A stretch of 64,000 nucleotides of DNA from Promethearchaeota archaeon. Its GTDB lineage: Archaea; Asgardarchaeota; Lokiarchaeia; Sigyniarchaeales; SOKP01. This document shows, one piece after another, positions 29,085-40,127 of the stretch (the first letter of the stretch is position 1; every line of letters starts with the position of its first letter). Position numbers and translations under genes: made by a program. Location of the stretch: NCBI GenBank assembly GCA_016839585.1, contig JAEOTZ010000017.1, positions 34,973 through 98,972 of the forward strand, in the 5' to 3' direction. The notes beneath the pieces were generated by a model that worked only from the letters and a program-made list of their open reading frames with translations, was not told the origin of the DNA and did not search any database.

Positions 29085-29615
29085 CTAGCTTAATTCTTTT
29101 TCAAATACTTCAAAATCATCAGAAGTATATAAACAGAAAACGACTTCTTCAATTTGAGTGCCACCTTTTAAATACTCCCTTACAGCAGAAATCATGATTT
29201 TCGCAACCCAAGAGATGGGATTCCCAAAAATCCCTGCAGAAATGGCAGGGAATGCAATTGTTTTCAATTTATGTTTATCCAATATTTTTAAACTATTTAT
29301 TGTTGCACTTTTTAATTTTTTCTCTTCTTCTCCTTCCCCTTTTCTTGGACCCACAGCATGTATCACATGCTTAGCTTTTAAATTACCTCCTGTTGTTATA
29401 ACAGCTCCTCCATGAAAGGTGCGCCCTATTTTATTACACTCTTCTTGTATTTTAGATCCTCCTTTCCTTTTTATTGCCCCAGCTACCCCTCCACCCATGA
29501 TTAGCTGAGCATTAGCAGCATTAACAATAACATCTGTTTCCATTTCAGTTATATCTCCTTGGACTAATTTAATTAGCGAATTTTCCACTTTTAATTCTCT
29601 CATAATAATAACCAA
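29085..29615 (-). CDS. Macro domain protein (ADP-ribose hydrolase family)
   Basis: GDIT, IVNAAN, GGGVAGAI, HAVGP, PAISAGIFG. Confidence 0.93.
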   Translation of the reverse strand: MVIIMRELKVENSLIKLVQGDITEMETDVIVNAANAQLIMGGGVAGAIKRKGGSKIQEECNKIGRTFHGGAVITTGGNLKAKHVIHAVGPRKGEGEEEKKLKSATINSLKILDKHKLKTIAFPAISAGIFGNPISWVAKIMISAVREYLKGGTQIEEVVFCLYTSDDFEVFEKELS

Positions 29616-29658
29616 GTATTTTGGTGTTAAGAATAAAAAAATAGTAAATTATTATAAC

Positions 29659-30408
29659 TTAAATTTGTTCTTGTTCTTTATTTTTTTTAAAAATGTCATC
29701 CAATTTGGTGCGATCTTCATCACTCATTTTGCTCATAGCTTCTAAATTCTGTCGCATTAAATCCATCATTATCTTTTGAGAAATAACTTGATTTAATACC
29801 GGTAAAGCAATCCTCATACGCGTGAGTTCATAATGCATAGTTTTTGCTGTTTCTCTCATTTTTATAAGATCTTCTTTCGTCATTCCTTCACCAATACCAA
29901 CACCGGGACAATCAGCATCCACAACTATAAAATTTTTTCCATCAAATTCTAATGGATATGTACGACAACTCAATGGTCGATTCTCATAGATTAAGCATTT
30001 TTTATCATTTTTATTATATAATGGACATTTAACATTTAGCAATTCTTCTATAGGAACTGCTCCAAATGGGTCTTTCTTGACTTCTTCCTCTTTTTCTCCT
30101 TCTTTTGGAGGGGGCGCTAATGGTTTTAGTATTAAGTCAATGCCACCATCTGGTTTATTAAATACATCTAAATACGGTAAGAAATTCGCAACTACGCCAT
30201 TTCTTGCCCACATTTCTAAATCCCACATTGTTATTGGAATAGGGCCTCTTGCTAAACAACATGCATCACATTGTGTGCATTTGAAAGTAAATTTAGCTTT
30301 TGGCTTTTCAGACTCTACTGCTTTATTCGAATTGTTTTTTTCAGGTTTTTCTTCACTAGAATCTTCATTTTCTTCAGAATTTTGTTTTTCGTGATTTTTT
30401 TTTGACAT
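29659..30408 (-). CDS. YkgJ family CxxCxxCC cysteine-cluster protein
   Basis: CTQCDACC...CPLY...CLIYENRPLSCRTYP...CPG. Confidence 0.85.
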   Translation of the reverse strand: MSKKNHEKQNSEENEDSSEEKPEKNNSNKAVESEKPKAKFTFKCTQCDACCLARGPIPITMWDLEMWARNGVVANFLPYLDVFNKPDGGIDLILKPLAPPPKEGEKEEEVKKDPFGAVPIEELLNVKCPLYNKNDKKCLIYENRPLSCRTYPLEFDGKNFIVVDADCPGVGIGEGMTKEDLIKMRETAKTMHYELTRMRIALPVLNQVISQKIMMDLMRQNLEAMSKMSDEDRTKLDDIFKKNKEQEQI

Positions 30409-30518
30409 AATAGAATTCTCCTCTTTTATTTTAATTTGCTATTGTGTTCAATCTTTTTTTGAGAAATAAGAATATAGCCTTGAAAAAAAATTTTATTTTT
30501 TATTTTAATAAATATAAA

Positions 30519-31124
30519 TTATAAAAATAAATCCTTTCTTTTTATTAGTTTTCCTAGATAAATCAAGGCAGGCTCTATTAGATTTTTATCACGAATTCCG
30601 GTGAAGACTATTTTTCCGGTACTAAATATTAAAAAAACAGACTTTACAGGATTAGTGCAATTATATACTAGTCCAGGAAATACTTCGGGTTCGTAAATAG
30701 AGTTTTCAAGTTTAATAGCAGCTAAATCTAGATTGATTTTTTTAAAAAGGTCAGCTGTAATTACTATATTTACTACTGTTGAGTTGATCAATTCTTTTTC
30801 TATATAAATTTGAAGTGTATTTGTTACTTCTAAAATAACCCTATTAATTACTAAATCAATATCTCCAAATGATTTTATCCCAGTTAAAATTAGTTTACCA
30901 TTCCTAAAAATAATAATAACACATTTAGGATTATTTAGTCTTAAAAAAAGTCCAGGAAAACGATTAGAATTGTATTCAGCATTAATTAAACTTTCTGATA
31001 ATTTCTTTAGATCTAATTCCAAATTAGGATTTAATGAGGATTTTAGAGAGGATTTGACAACTATATTTTGTATTGTATAAGTCAAGCTATGAGTGTCTTC
31101 TGCCGAATTTTCTTCAAGAATCAT
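30519..31124 (-). CDS. tbp: TATA-box binding protein
   Basis: Two repeats: IQNIV...EYN---FPGL...IF-NGK--LTG and VNIV...YEPEVFPGL...LIFSTGKIV-TG. Confidence 0.93.
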   Translation of the reverse strand: MILEENSAEDTHSLTYTIQNIVVKSSLKSSLNPNLELDLKKLSESLINAEYNSNRFPGLFLRLNNPKCVIIIFRNGKLILTGIKSFGDIDLVINRVILEVTNTLQIYIEKELINSTVVNIVITADLFKKINLDLAAIKLENSIYEPEVFPGLVYNCTNPVKSVFLIFSTGKIVFTGIRDKNLIEPALIYLGKLIKRKDLFL

Positions 31125-31370
31125 TAATGGATTCCTAATTTATTAATTTCATTCTATATATTCCACACTAAACAAATAGTTTAGCATTCTATTTAATTTT
31201 AGTTTATCGCTCAAAATCTATACAAAAGGCATCTAACAGTTATTTTATGTCATTTCCTAAAATTAATAAAAAATAGAATTAAATAAATAGAATCTTTAAC
31301 TCTTCTAAAAAAACCTTAATATCTATGATGAATTTGTTTTTTTATCTTTAAATCACAAAGGATAATAACT

Positions 31371-31787
31371 ATGGAGCTCTTAATCAAAAAAAAGTTAATC
31401 ATCTGGTTAGTTAATTCAATTAATTTGATACTAGCTTTTCTAATTGGTCTTTTAATATCTTCAAACATAGTAATAAATTTTCTTTATTTTGGATATTCAA
31501 TTATTCTGATATTACTAATTATTAGTTATTTCACATTTGAATTATTAAGAAGAGAACATAACAGACTAATACCCAGGAAAAGAGTTTATATCTGGATATT
31601 TTTTTCAATTAATTTACTGTTTTCATTAAGCATTGGATTGACAATTCCAATCTTAAAATCAGAGAGTAGATATAATTTTGGTATCGTTATGATTCCATTA
31701 TTAGTAATACTCAACTATATAATCGCAGACAGATTGAATTTTTATTTAAAACATATTAATGATGGAGGAAAGATTGATGAAGGATAA
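31371..31787 (+). CDS. Four-TM hypothetical membrane protein
   Basis: Four hydrophobic segments; overlaps the start of the archaeosortase gene. Confidence 0.7.
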   Translation: MELLIKKKLIIWLVNSINLILAFLIGLLISSNIVINFLYFGYSIILILLIISYFTFELLRREHNRLIPRKRVYIWIFFSINLLFSLSIGLTIPILKSESRYNFGIVMIPLLVILNYIIADRLNFYLKHINDGGKIDEG

Positions 31788-32472
31788 TAGTAAAAAAAAT
31801 AAAAGACCAATTATAGAATTTGAGGGAAAAAAATATATTTTTTCAGTAAGATCTATTATTCTTTTTGCTATTGGAGCACCAGTATCTGCTTATCTTATAT
31901 ATTTATTTTTTGATTTAGAGCTTAGCTTCTGGTTGCATGAGATTGTTGTAAAACAAACAGTTCTCTTTTTGAATTTATTCTTTGATATGGATGCTAGCAC
32001 AGGGTATACAAATGTGGGGAAATATTACTGGGAATTTATTGTTCCAGGAAGATCTCCTATAGGGTTTGAAACTTTTTGTACTGGAGTTCAGGCTATTTGC
32101 GTATTCGCAGGAATTATTATTTTTACACCCCATAGTCATGATTCAGCTACAAAAGAAGACATAATATGGAGAAAAGCCAAAGCTTTAATTGTTTCATCAG
32201 TAATCTTTTATGTTGTAAATATAATTAGAATGCTTATTCAAATTTATCTCTATTATAAAGGATATGACTGGGATGATATTCATGTTTCTATTAGTGCCGC
32301 AAGTTCCTTTATTGCAGCAATTATTGTTCTTCTCTTACATAAATGGATTCCAGAATTTATTATATCAATAATTTATACGGGAACCCTTATTAGCCAACAA
32401 GTTAAGAAATTAAGGGGGATTCCTATTGAATCAAAAGATAATTTAGAATTAAAATCTAAAAAGAAATCTTAA
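31759..32472 (+). CDS. Archaeosortase/exosortase family transpeptidase (start possibly 31777)
   Basis: Multi-TM protein with Cys (TFCTG), Arg (NIIRM) and His (DDIH) triad. Confidence 0.85.
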   Translation: MMEERLMKDNSKKNKRPIIEFEGKKYIFSVRSIILFAIGAPVSAYLIYLFFDLELSFWLHEIVVKQTVLFLNLFFDMDASTGYTNVGKYYWEFIVPGRSPIGFETFCTGVQAICVFAGIIIFTPHSHDSATKEDIIWRKAKALIVSSVIFYVVNIIRMLIQIYLYYKGYDWDDIHVSISAASSFIAAIIVLLLHKWIPEFIISIIYTGTLISQQVKKLRGIPIESKDNLELKSKKKS

Positions 32473-32501
32473 ATATTTAAATTAAATTATAGAGAAATTG
32501 A

Positions 32502-33413
32502 GTGAAAACTATGTTAAATTTTGAAAAAGAGCAAAATATTGTAGAAATTGGAAATGTAAAATTAGGTGGTCAACCAGGAGAAAATTCAATAGTTCTAATT
32601 GGTACTGTATTTTATGCAAGACATAAAGCATTATTAGATGAAAAGATGGGAAAAATCGATAAAAATATGGTTGAAAAGGAAGTTAATGAATTTATAAGTA
32701 TAGTTGATGAGAATGGAATGCAAGCAATTATTGATATAGTAGGTGCCTACCCTGAAGCACTTTTAAAAGAATGTGAATATATAGCAGATCTTGTAGATTG
32801 TCCATTCTTAGTTGATGGTTTAAATGATTCAAGTAGGATTCCTGCAATGGAAGGATTGCAAGAAAAAGGATTGTTAAATAGAGCGATTTTGAATAGCATT
32901 GATGAGAATACAACTATTGAAAATCTTGAAAAAATTAGAGATATTGGAGTTAGAAGTGCGGTATTATTGAGTTTTGGGAGTAAATATATTTTTCCTCATC
33001 AAAAATTGCATTTACTACAAGAAAAGTTGATACCTAATGCCCAAAAAGCAAATATAGAAAATTTAATTGTTGATACTGCTGTTTTAGACTTGCCCTCAAT
33101 TGCAATCAATGTTGAAACAACAAGATTAGTTAAAAAAGAATTAGGAATACCAACTGGTTTTGCTCCTGCTAATGCAATATATGGTTGGGATTTTGTTAAA
33201 AAATATGGTGATATACCCCGGTGTGGTGCGATCGCATCCCTTATGACTTATTGTGCCTCAGCAGGAAGCGATTTCATTTTATTTGGCCCAGTTAAATTTG
33301 CTAAATGTATTGTACCATCAATTGCTTTAATTTCTGGTATTAATTCTTATTACAGAAAGCGGATTTTAAGAAAATCAATATCAGAAAAAACACCATTGAA
33401 ACTTATCTTTTAA
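32502..33413 (+). CDS. mtrH: MtrH-family pterin-binding methyltransferase
   Basis: GGQPGEN-IVLIGTVFY--H, PFLVD, ILNSI, LIVDTAVLD, LG-PTG-APAN, DFILFGPV; no other mtr subunits nearby. Confidence 0.8.
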   Translation: MKTMLNFEKEQNIVEIGNVKLGGQPGENSIVLIGTVFYARHKALLDEKMGKIDKNMVEKEVNEFISIVDENGMQAIIDIVGAYPEALLKECEYIADLVDCPFLVDGLNDSSRIPAMEGLQEKGLLNRAILNSIDENTTIENLEKIRDIGVRSAVLLSFGSKYIFPHQKLHLLQEKLIPNAQKANIENLIVDTAVLDLPSIAINVETTRLVKKELGIPTGFAPANAIYGWDFVKKYGDIPRCGAIASLMTYCASAGSDFILFGPVKFAKCIVPSIALISGINSYYRKRILRKSISEKTPLKLIF

Positions 33414-34912
33414 GAAATATATCTTAAGAGTAAATCTTTAGTGTAATCTAAGAAATAGTCTAATTGCTCATCAATTAATTCTTCTTTAGATTCATCATCA
33501 ACTAAAAATAAAATGAACATATTATTATCAGTAATATTAATTTTTCTAAAGATAATTACAGAATCAGCCACTTTAAAAATTGCTTCTTCTTTTTGTAAAG
33601 CCTTAAACTTAGAAAATATTTTATATATAATAGCAAACTGAGGTGCTGTAATCTCAAATACGTTAATAAGTTCAGATTCAGGAATTTCAATCAATTTTTT
33701 TGCTTCAGAAGAATAGAAATCAGCAAGAACTAAACCATCTGTACTTAATAATAATGTTAAATAAACATTCGTTTTCATAGAAAAGGTTTTAAGATTATAA
33801 TTGATTATCTCTCTATTTGGACTTAACTTTGAAATACCTGAAGAAAATGCTCTTAAAATTGTAAAAATTTGAAAAATGCTCGTTATATGGATTTCAAGAG
33901 AATCGTCAAGATTGATTTCTCTTAATTTTTTTTTTATAATTCTGACATTTTCTTGGATTTCATCAGAATTTAATATATCTGAATCCCCTTTTGACAAAAT
34001 AAATATTATTGGTGTTTGTTGATTATATTCATTTAGAATTTTTTTAATATTCAGTAAATAATCAATACTTTCTTCGAATCTATCTCTATTTTTAATATCA
34101 ATAAAGTAAAATAATAAATCTGCTTCATATAGATAAATATGAGCTTTGCTAAGATACCTTTTTCTATAAACCAATTGGCCACCTAGATCCCATAAAAATA
34201 TTGTAGCTCCAAGGGCTTCAATAGAATTCACTTTAGCTCCGGTAGTAGGCTTTAAACCAATTAATTTCGAGTATTTTCGGTCAACTGATAATAGAAAGGA
34301 AGTTTTTCCGGAATCATCGAGTCCTGAAAATAAAATTTTCATTTTTCTTTTACTGGTTATAATTGTTGATGGTGCTTTTTCAATTTCAATTAACTTTTTT
34401 AACAAGTTTTTAAACAGGGGTTCGATTTCTTCCTTTTTTTTATAACCATTAAATAATTCTATATCAAATTCAGTAAAAAATTCTAAAACTAGTGGCTTTA
34501 TCCGATTTATATTATTATATAGAAAACTTCTACTATTTTCATCAACCAATATAGAAAAACTCGTAGCAAGAGGAGATTCAGTAAAATTAGTTCTTATATA
34601 ATGAAAAAATGTTAATGAGGTTGCATTAAAATCAGGATGAGGTAGGATTGCGAAATATTGTACTTTTTGGAAATCATCATCAATCGATATTTTTCTATCA
34701 CTTATAAATAAGCTTAAATTTTTTATTGAAATTTGGGTATAATCGCGCAAGGTTAGTTTGAATAAATTTTTTTCATTGATTTCTGCAGAATACTCTTTAA
34801 ACTCAATCTCACTGATAAATTCAGGAAACATATAAAATGGTTGAGGACCTAACTTATCATAGGTACTAAAAACAAGACCCTTAATAACTGAATATTCAAA
34901 TAATTCTTCCAT
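33410..34912 (-). CDS. uDENN/longin + Arf/Rag-like GTPase + roadblock fusion
   Basis: VFSTYDKLGPQP; GLDDSGKTS, PT-G, WDLGGQ, SKGD, TSIF; LLLSTDGLVLA roadblock. Confidence 0.85.
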   Translation of the reverse strand: MEELFEYSVIKGLVFSTYDKLGPQPFYMFPEFISEIEFKEYSAEINEKNLFKLTLRDYTQISIKNLSLFISDRKISIDDDFQKVQYFAILPHPDFNATSLTFFHYIRTNFTESPLATSFSILVDENSRSFLYNNINRIKPLVLEFFTEFDIELFNGYKKKEEIEPLFKNLLKKLIEIEKAPSTIITSKRKMKILFSGLDDSGKTSFLLSVDRKYSKLIGLKPTTGAKVNSIEALGATIFLWDLGGQLVYRKRYLSKAHIYLYEADLLFYFIDIKNRDRFEESIDYLLNIKKILNEYNQQTPIIFILSKGDSDILNSDEIQENVRIIKKKLREINLDDSLEIHITSIFQIFTILRAFSSGISKLSPNREIINYNLKTFSMKTNVYLTLLLSTDGLVLADFYSSEAKKLIEIPESELINVFEITAPQFAIIYKIFSKFKALQKEEAIFKVADSVIIFRKINITDNNMFILFLVDDESKEELIDEQLDYFLDYTKDLLLRYIS

Positions 34913-35006
34913 TATTTAAAATTTCTTTTTTATTTCTAAATTATTAATCTCTCTATAAATAATTTAAGCAAAATTAATTATAAATAGCTTTATTTTAGAA
35001 TAATAG

Positions 35007-35966
35007 ATGGTTCTTAAAAAAGTAGCAGAAAGCATCAGAAGTAATAAAAATATCATAGAAAAAATTGAGATAAATCCTATAATTCAGCATATAGATAATA
35101 ACTCATTTAAAAGTACAAATATCTTTTCAGATATAGGAGAAGATTCAGCATCAATAATAGATGAAGATAAATTCATATTAATAACAACTGATAGAATTAA
35201 GACAACTTTTGTTGAGAAATTCCCATTTGGTGCAGGATTTTCGTCTATACTAGTCGGAGTTGATGATATTTATGCATGTGGAGGCACTCCTTTAGCTGCT
35301 AGTATTATTATTTCTGTAAAAGATGTAAAAACATGTAATAGTTTGCTTGATGGAATATGTGAGGGTTCTAAAAAATTTAAAGTTCCGATTATAAGAGGTC
35401 ATACTAACATTCATGGGAAATGCTATGAATTAAGTTCTACAATGATTGGAGAAATAAAGAAGGAAAATTATCTATCAGCTATTAATGCAAAAATAAATGA
35501 TTCTATAATATTAGTTGTAGATTTTGATGGAAAGGTTGGGAAAGCTAGCAAATTATATTGGGATACAGTGACTTTTAAAAGTTCAGAAGAAATTCTAAAC
35601 AAACGTAAATCTATGAATCTAATTGGTGAAGTACATCTTGCAAATTCTTCAAAAGATATTTCAAATGGAGGAATATTTGGAACTCTATTACAATTGATAA
35701 AATATTCGAATGTTGGAGCAGATGTTAATATTAATAATATTGATATCCCTCCAAAACTTCTAGAAGCACAATATAATTTAGAAACTTATATAAAAATGTA
35801 TTTAACAACATCATTTGTAATAACTGCTCCAAAAGCTAATTGTGATAAAATTCTTGAAATTTTTAGCAATTGTGGTTTAGAAGCAAGAGTTATTGGTGAA
35901 ATTATTAAAGAAAAAAAGTTAAAAATTAATGATGGTCAAAAATCTGTAGAAATATTCAAATTTTAA
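35007..35966 (+). CDS. AIR synthase-related (PurM/ThiL superfamily) protein
   Basis: GEDSA, VDDIYACGG-P, GHT, KDISNGG--GTL. Confidence 0.8.
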   Translation: MVLKKVAESIRSNKNIIEKIEINPIIQHIDNNSFKSTNIFSDIGEDSASIIDEDKFILITTDRIKTTFVEKFPFGAGFSSILVGVDDIYACGGTPLAASIIISVKDVKTCNSLLDGICEGSKKFKVPIIRGHTNIHGKCYELSSTMIGEIKKENYLSAINAKINDSIILVVDFDGKVGKASKLYWDTVTFKSSEEILNKRKSMNLIGEVHLANSSKDISNGGIFGTLLQLIKYSNVGADVNINNIDIPPKLLEAQYNLETYIKMYLTTSFVITAPKANCDKILEIFSNCGLEARVIGEIIKEKKLKINDGQKSVEIFKF

Positions 35967-36026
35967 AAATTTAATAGTCATAATTGTTTATAAAAACTGA
36001 GAATATTTGCTAAGGAGTCTAAGATA

Positions 36027-36587
36027 ATGAATTTTGATTTTAAAAAAGAATTTAAAGGAATTATATCAGTAGTTGGTGCAAGTGAAACTGATAAAGAAAC
36101 AGAGAAAAAAGCATTTGAAATCGGAAAATTAATCGCAAAAAGTAAATATATTGTAGCATGTGGAGGATTATCAGGTGTTATGGAAGCAGTTTGTAAGGGT
36201 GCAAAAGAAGAAAATGGATTAACTATTGGTATTATTCCACATGCAGAAAAAAGTGTTGCTAATAAATATGTTGATATAGTAATCCCATGCCCCTTTTCTC
36301 AAGCTAGAAATATAGTTGTTGTTTTAACTGGTGATGCTTGCATAGCAATTAGTGGTAAGGCAGGTACATTATCGGAAATTTGTTTTGCCTGGATATATCA
36401 AAAACCTATTGTTGCTTTAACTAGTTGTGAAGGATGGTCTTCAAAAATAGCTAATCAAAAATTAGATGATAGGCGAATAGATATAATTTATGGAGCAGAA
36501 ACACCTCAAGAAGCAATTAAGAAAGTAATTGAGATATTGGAAAACCCTGTATATAGAAAAGATTTAAGTTTTACTGATAAGTTTTGA
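36027..36587 (+). CDS. TIGR00725-type / LOG-like Rossmann nucleotide-binding protein
   Basis: CGGLSGVMEAVCKGA...TIGIIP...ARN...G-AGTLSEI. Confidence 0.88.
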   Translation: MNFDFKKEFKGIISVVGASETDKETEKKAFEIGKLIAKSKYIVACGGLSGVMEAVCKGAKEENGLTIGIIPHAEKSVANKYVDIVIPCPFSQARNIVVVLTGDACIAISGKAGTLSEICFAWIYQKPIVALTSCEGWSSKIANQKLDDRRIDIIYGAETPQEAIKKVIEILENPVYRKDLSFTDKF

Positions 36588-36765
36588 ATCTATTCAAAAT
36601 AGGAAAGGATTTAGCAATTCAATGGGTTTTTTGATTAGCAATATTTTTAGCTATTTTTACATAATAACTTTTAATGCGAAACTTAAATAAATAATAATAT
36701 AATTTTTTATCTTACAAAAGAATATATTTATAAATTACATTAATGATTTCATAGGTGAAATTATT

Positions 36766-37731
36766 TTGGAAAAAGGTCAATCCATCTTATACCTGAAAAA
36801 AGAAATGGAAGAAAAACCAATTCAAAATAAGATATTATTCACAGGATTGGACGATGCAGGGAAGACAAGCATTATTTTAAGCCTTCAGCGAGAATTCTCT
36901 AAGATCGCATTACTTTCTCCTACAAGAGGGGCTCAGAGAAGAATATTCAATTTTCTTGGAAAAGAAATATCAGAGTGGGATTTAGGAGGGCAACTTAGCT
37001 ATAGAATATCATATTTAAAGAGCCCGGGTAAATTTTTTGATGGAACAGAAATTGCAATATATGTTATAGATATTCAGAATAAAGCACGGATTTCTGAAGC
37101 TATTAGCTATTTTAAAGATGTAGTAACACAATTTAGGAAGTTGGAAATAGAGCCACCTATTTATGTTTTTCTGCATAAATATGATCCAGCATTAAAAAGA
37201 AATGCTAAGAATGAAATGACAAACCTTATTTTAGATATAAAAGAAAAATTTAAAAAAGCTACAGATTATAAAAAACTTTTTTATTATGAAACATCGATTT
37301 ATGATTTTTCTTCAATTATAACAGCAATGAGTGAAATTCTTTTAAGTTTATATCCTAAATCTGAATTAATAGCAAAAACAATTCAAGAATTTGCTAAAAA
37401 AATAAATTCTGAAGGAGTAGTTGTAATTGACGATAATTCTCTTATTATTGGGTCTTATTATAAGGATGAAGAAGTAAAACATCTCCTCAATGCATCAACA
37501 CCTTATTTCTTAACCCTTAATGATTCGTTTGAATTTACTGATGTTATGGAAGAAAGATATGAAAATAGAATGATTGTTCAAAGATTTGGAAGAAATTTTA
37601 TTTTTAAACAGATCACAGTGAAAAAGGGATTAACACCCTATTATCTACTTCTACTTAAAGGAGATCCAATATTCCGGAAAGAAGATTTTGAAACGTTTGC
37701 TAGTTTATTAAGAGAAATCTTATACAAATAA
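36766..37731 (+). CDS. Rag-like GTPase with C-terminal roadblock domain
   Basis: GLDDAGKTS, PTRG, WDLGGQ, HKYD, ETSIY; VVVIDDNSLIIG. Confidence 0.88.
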   Translation: MEKGQSILYLKKEMEEKPIQNKILFTGLDDAGKTSIILSLQREFSKIALLSPTRGAQRRIFNFLGKEISEWDLGGQLSYRISYLKSPGKFFDGTEIAIYVIDIQNKARISEAISYFKDVVTQFRKLEIEPPIYVFLHKYDPALKRNAKNEMTNLILDIKEKFKKATDYKKLFYYETSIYDFSSIITAMSEILLSLYPKSELIAKTIQEFAKKINSEGVVVIDDNSLIIGSYYKDEEVKHLLNASTPYFLTLNDSFEFTDVMEERYENRMIVQRFGRNFIFKQITVKKGLTPYYLLLLKGDPIFRKEDFETFASLLREILYK

Positions 37732-37966
37732 TATTTATTACTTCATTTATAATTATATTTAGTTAGAGATTTTTATTTCAATAGAATATTTTAATAGATT
37801 TCTCATTTATTGTTTAATATGTATACCAAATTAACTTCTAAGGTTACAATCTAGGACATAGTACCGTTAAAGGAAAGAAAATTTATAGTTAATAACATTA
37901 ATAATAGTGAATTTTTTTTATATTAATAATGAAAAAAGCAAATTTTAAGATTGAATAATAGTTTGT

Positions 37967-38914
37967 TTGGAGGCGATATTTGCCATAATTATTTGTCAAA
38001 ATTGCGGTGCAACAAATCAAGACGTTAAATTTTGCAGGAAATGTGGGGCTTTACTTCCAGTTTCTTCTAAATCACCACGATTGCGCGTATCAGTTTCTAA
38101 AACGAAAAAAGAGAAAGGACAAAAAATAAAAGATTTAGATTTACAAGAAATTCCAAAAGAAGCGGAATCAATAGATCAATTATCAGTGAAAGATGAGATA
38201 TTAGAAGATTTTATAGATAAAGATGCGGAATCAATTAATGTACCTGAAAGCGAAGAATCTTTAAAAGACAAAAGAGAAGTTTTGAAAGAGATTACTCCAC
38301 AACCTTATAGAAGCTCACTTATAGCATCAAATAGCGGTTCTATTTCACAACTGAGTAGAGAAACTTCAGGAACTCAAACAGTTGAATCATCACTTATGAA
38401 ACAGAAACAATTAGAGAAGGATATGACTGAAGTTTTGGGATTCTTATCAAAAAAAATTACAGTAAAAAAATTAGATACACCTAAATCTAAAACCAAAAAA
38501 GAAAAAGTGGCTGAAGAAAAAATCCCACCATCTAGTATGAATGAAATTTTAAACCAATTATTAACCTTAGACCTTCATATCGAAGCTTCAGCAATTATAA
38601 AGAGTGATGGAACAATATTAGCATCTGCATTATCAAATAGAATTTCTGATACGTTATTTGCTACTATTGGTCAAACCTTAAATCAAATTGGAGCAGATAT
38701 TATTAATGGTTTAAGTGCTGGTTCTTTAAAGTCTATATCAGTAAGAGGGACAGAAGGAGTCTTAGATTTAGCTCCAATTGATAAAGAATCTCAAAGCATT
38801 AAAGATATGATTTTAATCATTTACTCATATCCAAAAGCTAAAAGTGGAATTATTAATTTCGCAGCTAATATTGTTAAAAAACAGCTTATAGAATATTTAG
38901 GTATAAAAAGCTAA
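37967..38914 (+). CDS. Zinc ribbon + low-complexity linker + roadblock/LAMTOR-like domain
   Basis: CQNCG...FCRKCG at the N-terminus; HIEASAIIKSDGTILAS...ISVRGTEG at the C-terminus. Confidence 0.8.
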   Translation: MEAIFAIIICQNCGATNQDVKFCRKCGALLPVSSKSPRLRVSVSKTKKEKGQKIKDLDLQEIPKEAESIDQLSVKDEILEDFIDKDAESINVPESEESLKDKREVLKEITPQPYRSSLIASNSGSISQLSRETSGTQTVESSLMKQKQLEKDMTEVLGFLSKKITVKKLDTPKSKTKKEKVAEEKIPPSSMNEILNQLLTLDLHIEASAIIKSDGTILASALSNRISDTLFATIGQTLNQIGADIINGLSAGSLKSISVRGTEGVLDLAPIDKESQSIKDMILIIYSYPKAKSGIINFAANIVKKQLIEYLGIKS

Positions 38915-39022
38915 TATATATTTGAACTAAACTTATTTTAATTTTTTGAAATTTAAGTAAATAAACTATATTATTAATATCTTTAATATGGAAGGAAATC
39001 TATAAAGATTCTGGCTAAGGTT

Positions 39023-39826
39023 CTACAATTTTAGCAGTTGTTTTTGTATAGAAACCCTATAGATCATTACTCTCTTAAAATACTCTATGTTATTAAGTAT
39101 TTCTTGTAAAAAAGAATTCAATTCATATATTGAAACTAGAGGTACTTGATTATCATTTATTTTGATAAAATTATCCTCAAGTGTGACCATAATAGGTACT
39201 AATATTAAAGGTAAATTTCTTTTTAAACTAAAATTTATACCCATAAGTTCTTGAATTAATTTAGAAAAAGCATCTTGATTTTTCTTCAAAGCTAAAACAC
39301 GTTGATATTGTAAATTGGCTGCTTTATTTAATGAATTATAAGAATCTTTGTGTTTCCATTGTTTAGCATCAATAACCAATACATAATTTAAATAAATACC
39401 TATTACATCAATTTCATATCTTTTTTGTAAAGTTTTTGATTTAAAATTGGATTTATCTGAAAACCTAAAATTTGTTGTAGTTTTGTAATTGTTTTTCAAT
39501 AAAATTTCTTTTATTAATGTTTCAAAACCTTTATAATCTAACAATACTGAAACGTCTTTAATGTCAAATTGTAAAATTCTGACAGATTCCATAACAAATA
39601 AAATTTTATTAATTACAATGTAATCTAAATATTTCCCTTTTTGAATTGAGAGAAATTCAAAAAAATTTAAAAAATCTCTGAGTTCATAGTCATTAAATCT
39701 CTTAAAAAAATCTATTTCTGAAGCTTCACACCATATTTCAGTTGCTGCTTTTTCAGTTTTTTTTAAAATATTATATATTTCGATAAACAATTTTTTTAAA
39801 AGTGACTCTGGCAATATTTTTAACAT
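39023..39826 (-). CDS. PD-(D/E)xK nuclease (Mrr/NERD-like)
   Basis: FETLIKEIL...YEIDVIG...VIDAKQW. Confidence 0.75.
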   Translation of the reverse strand: MLKILPESLLKKLFIEIYNILKKTEKAATEIWCEASEIDFFKRFNDYELRDFLNFFEFLSIQKGKYLDYIVINKILFVMESVRILQFDIKDVSVLLDYKGFETLIKEILLKNNYKTTTNFRFSDKSNFKSKTLQKRYEIDVIGIYLNYVLVIDAKQWKHKDSYNSLNKAANLQYQRVLALKKNQDAFSKLIQELMGINFSLKRNLPLILVPIMVTLEDNFIKINDNQVPLVSIYELNSFLQEILNNIEYFKRVMIYRVSIQKQLLKL

Positions 39827-40127
39827 AAGTCAGAAGAGTGTATTGCATTAAAATAAAGCAAAGGGAGTATCGAAATTTTAATGAACTATTATTTTAATTT
39901 TTTTAAAACAGAAACCCTAAAAAGAATCTTTTTTTGAAGTGTTATTGTATGGTACGACAAAAATCATAGATTAATTCTATTTATAGGAAGCTTCCAGCAT
40001 ACTTAAAAATTATATAATAAATAATTCCAATTTATTCAGTTAATAATATTTTTTTTTAAGTCTCTTGAATATTATAATTCAAGAAAAAGAATATTATACT
40101 AAAAAAAAAACAATTTAAAGGCTTATT

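Noticed and set aside
32502-35966. Methanogenesis locus (MtrH plus marker-2-like protein)
   Set aside because: No mcr or other mtr subunits in the window; both families occur in non-methanogens.
39023-39826. Restriction-modification or defence island
   Set aside because: Lone PD-(D/E)xK gene among housekeeping-type neighbours; no methylase.
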